Shown here: piece after piece, positions 58,512 to 64,000 of the stretch | How positions within the stretch are numbered: the stretch's first letter is position 1 | Layout of the letters: each line of letters starts with the position of its first letter | Origin: an uncultured Spirochaetota bacterium | GTDB taxonomy: Bacteria; Spirochaetota; Brevinematia; Brevinematales; JAOACQ01 | Assembly: GCA_963768055.1 (NCBI GenBank) | Contig: CAVYGN010000001.1 | Location: 352,001 to 416,000, forward strand | Direction: 5' to 3' | Length of the DNA: 64,000 bases | Program-made: the position numbers and the translations under genes | The notes under the pieces: model-generated | The model's database searches: none | Seen by the model: only the letters and a program-made list of their open reading frames with translations | Told to the model about the DNA's origin: nothing

Positions 58512-59435
58512 TTAATAGTCGGCAATTCTTTTTTCAATTCTATTTATTAAAAATGTAATCCATCTGGAGGGTTCATTTTTTTGTCCGAAATCAAAATCCG
58601 AATAATGCTTAACTATTGATTCAGCGTAAAACCTCCCATCTTTTGATTTCTCCCGAACATAATTTATCATACTATTGAAACTTTTGCTCTTTATAGCATA
58701 CGGAAACAGTGAAAGTACATCAATGACTCGTAAGATACCATAGGTTACAGCAGGATATTTTAATTTGGTAAAATCACTTCCTATCCCAAAACCATAAGGC
58801 CGCCATTTTTCGTTTCTTCTGTCCCAATGGGTCAATAATAAGTCAATTGCTCCGTTTAATTTTGGATCATTTCTATATTCTTCAAATTGGCCGAGCAGCA
58901 ATAAAATATTCTGATTATCCATTGGACATGATTCACTGTCTTGAAGCTTTTGACCGACGGCACGCTGTTTTGCGCAATGCCAGCCACCGTCTAATCTCTG
59001 TGTTTTAAAAATCAACTGAATGAATTTTTTATTCTTTTGTTCATTATTATATTTCATTTTTACTAATGAAGACAGAAGAATTGTTGGAATACAAAAATAG
59101 CTCGGTTTCATCTCTTTCGAAGTAATAAATGTCCCATCAGCCGATTGAAGATCGTACATTGTTTCCGCTTCTTTTTCAAGATTAATATCATTAACAGTTA
59201 ATCCAATATCTGCAAGGAAATACAGATCCCAATAAACATTCCCTTTATAAGAAAGTTCGCCTGTTATTAATGCCGTAAGTCCTTGAGAATCTTTTAGTTC
59301 ATTTACAATATTTTTTATTGAAATATCTGATAAAACATGTTTTACATCCGACTTTTTATCTAATAGCTGTAATTCTACTGCGTATTTCAACCATTTTGGT
59401 CCTTCAAGCAGCCAATCTATAATATTTTCATCCAT
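58512..59435 (-). CDS. Hypothetical alpha-helical protein (prenyltransferase/squalene-oxidase-repeat-like)
   Basis: IDWLLEG, Q..DG.F, Q..DGGW.C and SRWIT motifs. Confidence 0.6.
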   Translation of the reverse strand: MDENIIDWLLEGPKWLKYAVELQLLDKKSDVKHVLSDISIKNIVNELKDSQGLTALITGELSYKGNVYWDLYFLADIGLTVNDINLEKEAETMYDLQSADGTFITSKEMKPSYFCIPTILLSSLVKMKYNNEQKNKKFIQLIFKTQRLDGGWHCAKQRAVGQKLQDSESCPMDNQNILLLLGQFEEYRNDPKLNGAIDLLLTHWDRRNEKWRPYGFGIGSDFTKLKYPAVTYGILRVIDVLSLFPYAIKSKSFNSMINYVREKSKDGRFYAESIVKHYSDFDFGQKNEPSRWITFLINRIEKRIADY

Positions 59436-59480
59436 TTATAGGGCCTCTTATATATTCCAAGCCGTATACAATAAGCTTAA

Positions 59481-59996
59481 AGGCGGTTTAAAAACTGCCC
59501 TATCATGTACAAATAGACTAATTTAAGATAAAATAATAGTCAAGGTTAACATTGTAGAGGGGAATGTTAAAATGACAAAAATCAAGAAGCAGACGAATCA
59601 AGGACTGTTTGAATACCAGGAACGAATTGAAAAACTTGGCAAAACTCCATTAGACAAGCTTAACGAAAATATAGAATGGGAAGACTTCCGACCTATTCTA
59701 ACTGAACTGCTCGCCCTCAAAGAACAAAAGGCTCCAGGCGGCGCTTCACATTATGATTATGTTTTTATGTTCAAAATCCTCATTATTCAGAAGTATTATA
59801 ACCTTTCCGATGAGCATACAATTCATTTATAATGAGGCAAAAGGCGCAATATTTTACATAAACCCCATTGAAAATGGGGATATTTATGCCATGCTAAAGG
59901 TATTGATTAGAAATTTTGAAAATAAATTGGAATAAGAATTTTAATCAAATTGATGTTTGTGGATCACGGTTATAAAGAGTAGATATTGGAACCGCC
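59481..59996 (+). mobile_element. Truncated IS5-family element (transposase N-terminal fragment 59572-59832)
   Basis: GLF....R...L...PL..L...I.WE.FRP.L...GG...YD..FMFKILIIQ..YNLSDE; flanked by degenerate TIR-like AGGCGGTTTAAAAACT (59481) and GATATTGGAACCGCC (59982-59996). Confidence 0.75.
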
Positions 59997-60011
59997 ATTA
60001 AATTCTTTTAT

Positions 60012-61037
60012 ATGAGGGCTATTATGCAATTAATCGATTTCAGGGGAAATAAAGCCTACCCCGACAGCTTCTGGGCAAATTCATCACCGGAATCCGAGGG
60101 ATTGGATTCGGAATATTTATTAAAAGCGCTTGAATACATAGACAAGCAGGATTATGAAATACATAGTTTCCTGGTTATCCGTCATGAAAAACTGGTTTTC
60201 GAATATTACGGCCGGGACAAACAGGCCGGCGGCATTCAGTTGACCCCGAATGACCTGCATAAAATGTGGTCGACCACTAAAACTATCACATCGGCTTTAA
60301 TTGGGATTGCAATTGATGAAGGATTCATTCCCGGCGTTAAGGCTAAGGTAATGGATTATTTCCGTGATGACGGCATCATAAATTTAACTGAAACCAAAGA
60401 GAAATTGACCATTGAAGACCTTCTGACTATGCAAAGCGGCCTGGATTATTCAGAGGATAGCGACAGCTCTCTGTTTTCAAGCACATATAATTCCAGTAAA
60501 TTTTTTCTTGACAGGCCTATGGTATCCATTCCCGGATACTTATGGAATTATAGCACAGGTAACTCGCAGATCCTGGCGGAAATCCTGCGGAAAGTTACAG
60601 CTAAAACGCTTTCGGATTACTGCTCGGAAAAGCTTTTTTTGCCGATGGGAATAGTTGATTTTAACTGGCTCTGGGATAAAAACGGGACATACTTCGGCGG
60701 CTGGGGCCTTTCCATCAAGCCGAGGGACTTGGCCCGTTTCGGCTGTCTTTACTTGAAAAAGGGACTTTGGAAAGACCGGGAACTGGTCCCTTCATCATGG
60801 GTGGAGACATCCACAAAAGCTTATGCGGCTACGCCATGGGCAGGCGGCAAATACGGCTATCACTGCTGGATACCCGATTTTGGAGGATTTGCCACCCTCG
60901 GGAAAATGGGACAGAGCATGTATATATTTCCTGATAAAGATTTAATTGCCGTTTTTACGGCTGCGCTTCCCATACAGATGGCGGATACTATTCTCAACTA
61001 TATAGTTGAGAATTATGTTCTTCAAGAATTGAATTAA
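60012..61037 (+). CDS. Serine hydrolase (beta-lactamase class C-like family)
   Basis: SPE..GLD, SxxK (STTK), LLTM.SGL, WNYS, PRDLARFG.LYL and YGY..W motifs. Confidence 0.88.
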   Translation: MRAIMQLIDFRGNKAYPDSFWANSSPESEGLDSEYLLKALEYIDKQDYEIHSFLVIRHEKLVFEYYGRDKQAGGIQLTPNDLHKMWSTTKTITSALIGIAIDEGFIPGVKAKVMDYFRDDGIINLTETKEKLTIEDLLTMQSGLDYSEDSDSSLFSSTYNSSKFFLDRPMVSIPGYLWNYSTGNSQILAEILRKVTAKTLSDYCSEKLFLPMGIVDFNWLWDKNGTYFGGWGLSIKPRDLARFGCLYLKKGLWKDRELVPSSWVETSTKAYAATPWAGGKYGYHCWIPDFGGFATLGKMGQSMYIFPDKDLIAVFTAALPIQMADTILNYIVENYVLQELN

Positions 61038-61124
61038 TATAAAACGCATTTTCCCCACGGATGTTATCGTTCATATATAGTTCTAGCATAGAAATAAGAT
61101 TATTTTTTGCTTTCCGTAAAAAGG

Positions 61125-61230
61125 CTATATTTTTATCACCAAAGCGTCCAATATTTTTCTTTGATCCTCTTCAGGCGTAGTGACGATCTTGCAGGCCGTT
61201 CCATTCATTGTAATGCTTCCCGCTTAATTA
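61125..61230 (-). pseudogene. Possible IS1634-family transposase C-terminal relic
   Basis: Hand translation ...SITMNGTACKIVTTPEEDQRKILDALVIKI* resembles the T.P...Q..ILD.L C-terminus of IS1634 transposases. Confidence 0.4.
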
Positions 61231-61473
61231 TCTGGATTTTAACGAAACCGGAACACACCGGGAAGTAATGAGAAAGATAAAGAATATTGGCGATAAAAAA
61301 GGCTGGCTTTCAGCTTCTTCCGAATTACCTTCTGAGAAAGACTTGGATCTGGCGTATTATTCTCAATTTTTTACAAAATAAAATTGACTTTTATATTTTT
61401 TGTTATATTATATAATAACAATTATTACTTAATATTAATGAAAAAATCTTATTAATTAAAATGAGGAAAAATT

Positions 61474-62610
61474 ATGGGAAAAGGTAAATCGCCAAACAAT
61501 AATGATTCAAAGGGGATTTATGGCATATTGATTGCAATGGGCATAGGACTTATTATAGTTTTTCTGTCCGCTTTGAATTCCGGATGGTTATCAATCAGCA
61601 TTGGTCTCCTGGTTGCCGGTGCATCGATTATGGCAGGAGGCTTGCTGGGATTCCTGTTCGGTATTCCTCGATCGCTTCAAATCAGTGAATTAACAGGCGG
61701 GCAAGCGGATAAAACGGATAAAGGGGCATACAAAGCAAATACCAACCTCGAACAGATCTCGGACTGGCTTACTAAGATTCTCGTAGGAGTCGGACTGACA
61801 CAATTAACAAAGGTGCCTGAAAAATTGAATGATCTGGCAAAATTCCTTTCACCGGGATTCGGGGGTACGCCTCAATCGGAAATAATGGCTGTAACTATTG
61901 TGTTGTTGTTTTCTATTTCGGGTTTTTTGTTCGGTTACCTTTATACAAGATTGTTTGTTGGAGAACAGCTTAGAAAAGCTGACGATGCGGCTTTAGGAGA
62001 AATGATAAATGATGAAATTGGAAAACAGATGTCCCAGGATGCAAGAGCGCTGACGCTTGTTCAGCAGCACCTTAACCCGCGTAACGACACTCGGGCAGTA
62101 TCGTATGAAGAGTTAAGTGATGCTATCGCTAAGGCTTCTCCCGAAGAAAAAACAACAATATTCTATCAGGCAATGGAAATAAGAAACCAGAACTGGCAAA
62201 ACAATAAAGAGAAAATGGAGCGGACCATTCCGGTTTTCCAGGCCCTCGTTGATAGCGATAAGGAGAATTTATATCATAAAAATCATGGTCAATTAGGTTT
62301 CGCATTAAAGGACAAGAAAAAACCTGATTGGGAGGATGCAGAAAAGGAATTAAACACTGCTATTCGGATCCGCGGGGATTCGAAGACTCATGGCTGGCTG
62401 TATTATGAGTTCAATCGTGCAATCTGCCGAATCAACCTTGAATTACTAAAAGGAACAACTGGTCTTTCGCCCTATCATGATCAAATAATAGCTGATCTTA
62501 AGGAAGTCTATAGCAAAAGTGAACTTCAAAAATTGATTGAGGAAGACCAGACCATAATGGCATGGATGAATAGAAATAATGTGAAATTAGATGATCTTAA
62601 TTCCAACTAG
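61474..62610 (+). CDS. Membrane protein with a TPR-like C-terminal domain
   Basis: TM region with GGLLGFLFGIPRS...NTNLEQISDWLTKILVGVGLTQL; helical C-domain (HGQLGFALKD, YEFNRAICRI). Confidence 0.75.
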   Translation: MGKGKSPNNNDSKGIYGILIAMGIGLIIVFLSALNSGWLSISIGLLVAGASIMAGGLLGFLFGIPRSLQISELTGGQADKTDKGAYKANTNLEQISDWLTKILVGVGLTQLTKVPEKLNDLAKFLSPGFGGTPQSEIMAVTIVLLFSISGFLFGYLYTRLFVGEQLRKADDAALGEMINDEIGKQMSQDARALTLVQQHLNPRNDTRAVSYEELSDAIAKASPEEKTTIFYQAMEIRNQNWQNNKEKMERTIPVFQALVDSDKENLYHKNHGQLGFALKDKKKPDWEDAEKELNTAIRIRGDSKTHGWLYYEFNRAICRINLELLKGTTGLSPYHDQIIADLKEVYSKSELQKLIEEDQTIMAWMNRNNVKLDDLNSN

Positions 62611-62794
62611 ATGATCATAATGATAGCAGTAAGTCCTTTGTTACAAATGATATTTATATTATATTAGCTTCAAAAAATTAAAGTGAGGGTCAACATCGTC
62701 TGGATTTCATCGAAAATTCTTGAAATCCACTAGCAATTTTTTTGAATAGTTCTTCTTTTTCGAGGAAAGAATGTGGTGAAGCTAATTCGATATA

Positions 62795-63973
62795 TTATAA
62801 CAGATTGGAGCCACTTTTGATACTATTGCTTTGGGAATTTAGATTATTGGTAATTTCTGTTTCGAGTTTTTCATTGTGGTCTTTCGGCAGTCCAAGTTGA
62901 ACTAGAAGATCACTACTGTAAAATGCTTGATTCCAATTCTCAGCGCTCTTGATCATTTTGATTAGAAGAGGATTAACTTTTATTCCTTTGAGATCTGCAT
63001 ATTTGAGATCGGCTCCATCGAGGTGAGCCCCCTCGATGTCGGCTCCAGAAAAAACAGCATATTCGAGGATAGCTCCATTGAAATCCGCATATTTGAGATC
63101 GGCTCCATCGAGGTGAGCCCCATCGAAGTCAGCCGCAGAAAAAACAGCATATTCGAGTATGGCTTCATTAAAAAATGCCTTTTTAAAGTTGGCGCTTTTA
63201 AAGTTTACCTTCATAAATTCGGCATGTTCAAGTCTAGCTTCTTGAAGATCGGCGCCCTCAAAGTCAGCGTGGATAAAATTTGTGTCCGAGAAATACGAGC
63301 CTTCGTTACCCCTAGGAAGAATAGAAGCATATTTGAGGTCAGCTCCTTGAAGAATGGCCTTCTTAAAGTTGGCGCCATAAAAACGTGCATATTCGAGATT
63401 AGCTCCTTGAAGATTGCCTTCCCTGAAGTCGGTCATCTCTAAATCTATCAATCGCAGGTTGTTTCCCTGGAATTGGGCACCTTTTAAGCTGGCCCCCTTG
63501 AAATGGGCTTTATCAAGGATAGCTCCCTGGAAATTGGCGTTATTCAGGTTAGCTCCATTGAAAATAGTCCCCGTAAGATGTGCTTTTTGAAGATTCACGG
63601 AATGCATGAATGCGGAATGCAGATCCATAAACGCTAGCCATGATTCTTTGAGATCTTCCTGGTGAAGATCTAATGTCCGACGAAAAGATTCCGGGTTAAA
63701 AGGTAAATATGTCATTATGATGACGAGCAGACATAGGGTCATCCAACGAGGTTTATTCCATTCACGGCGTTGATTCTCAGAGCAACGACGTATTTGCAAG
63801 AAAATAAGAGAGAATGTGATTAAACATGCAACATAGATCAGAGGATATCCTAATTCAGGGCGAGCCGAAGCCTTCCAGGCTATTATCCACAAAGCTATCG
63901 ATACCATCCAATAGAAAATAAAGGATGAAAGGATACGCGGCATAGTATTTGTAATATTGAAAATGGTTGTCAT
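62795..63973 (-). CDS. Membrane-anchored pentapeptide-repeat protein
   Basis: Three N-terminal TMs; A(D/N)(L/F)xx repeats; internal 90-bp duplication (62998 versus 63088); RBS AGGAG-like region at the window end. Confidence 0.88.
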   Translation of the reverse strand: MTTIFNITNTMPRILSSFIFYWMVSIALWIIAWKASARPELGYPLIYVACLITFSLIFLQIRRCSENQRREWNKPRWMTLCLLVIIMTYLPFNPESFRRTLDLHQEDLKESWLAFMDLHSAFMHSVNLQKAHLTGTIFNGANLNNANFQGAILDKAHFKGASLKGAQFQGNNLRLIDLEMTDFREGNLQGANLEYARFYGANFKKAILQGADLKYASILPRGNEGSYFSDTNFIHADFEGADLQEARLEHAEFMKVNFKSANFKKAFFNEAILEYAVFSAADFDGAHLDGADLKYADFNGAILEYAVFSGADIEGAHLDGADLKYADLKGIKVNPLLIKMIKSAENWNQAFYSSDLLVQLGLPKDHNEKLETEITNNLNSQSNSIKSGSNLL

Positions 63974-64000
63974 GCTCTCTATAGGAGGGGCGTTTGTCTT

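Noticed and set aside
63883..63891. DnaA box (TTATCCACA) suggesting oriC
   Set aside because: Single copy inside a CDS, far from dnaN; no box cluster seen.

Overview
The window looks like chromosome from a spirochaete-like bacterium, inferred from a 2.9-kaa SpiroCoCo-type coiled-coil protein and many lipoproteins. (1) 1-7.1 kb: a compact, divergent F-type conjugation/T4SS operon on the minus strand (lipoprotein, pilin, traL, traE, traK, split traB, traV-like, traC, then a TraH-like ORF running off the window). It is driven by a perfect TTGACA-N17-TATAAT promoter. (2) 7.3-33 kb: accessory and metabolic genes. These include a complete cargo-carrying IS1595-family element (24-bp TIRs, perfect 8-bp TSD, a membrane-protein passenger and an unannotated 51-aa ORF with its own consensus promoter), three tandem paralogous secreted proteins, and a GH5 lipoprotein next to duplicated TonB-dependent receptors. 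(3) 33-53.6 kb: core genes (rseP, purN, queH, serS, SpiroCoCo with near-identical 885/786-bp internal tandem repeats, an orphan dnaN, thiG, tlyA) with several MITE/REP-like intergenic palindromes. (4) 53.6-64 kb: an accessory island that starts exactly at the tlyA stop codon with a Tn7-like transposon end (TGT plus three ~20-bp sites). It contains IS3/IS5/IS1634 debris, a second GH5, a serine hydrolase, a TM-TPR-like protein and a pentapeptide-repeat protein. Several genes carry frameshifts, mostly single-base, that may be assembly errors. I recognised no rRNA, tRNA or CRISPR array. All family assignments are from motif recognition only; no searches were run.
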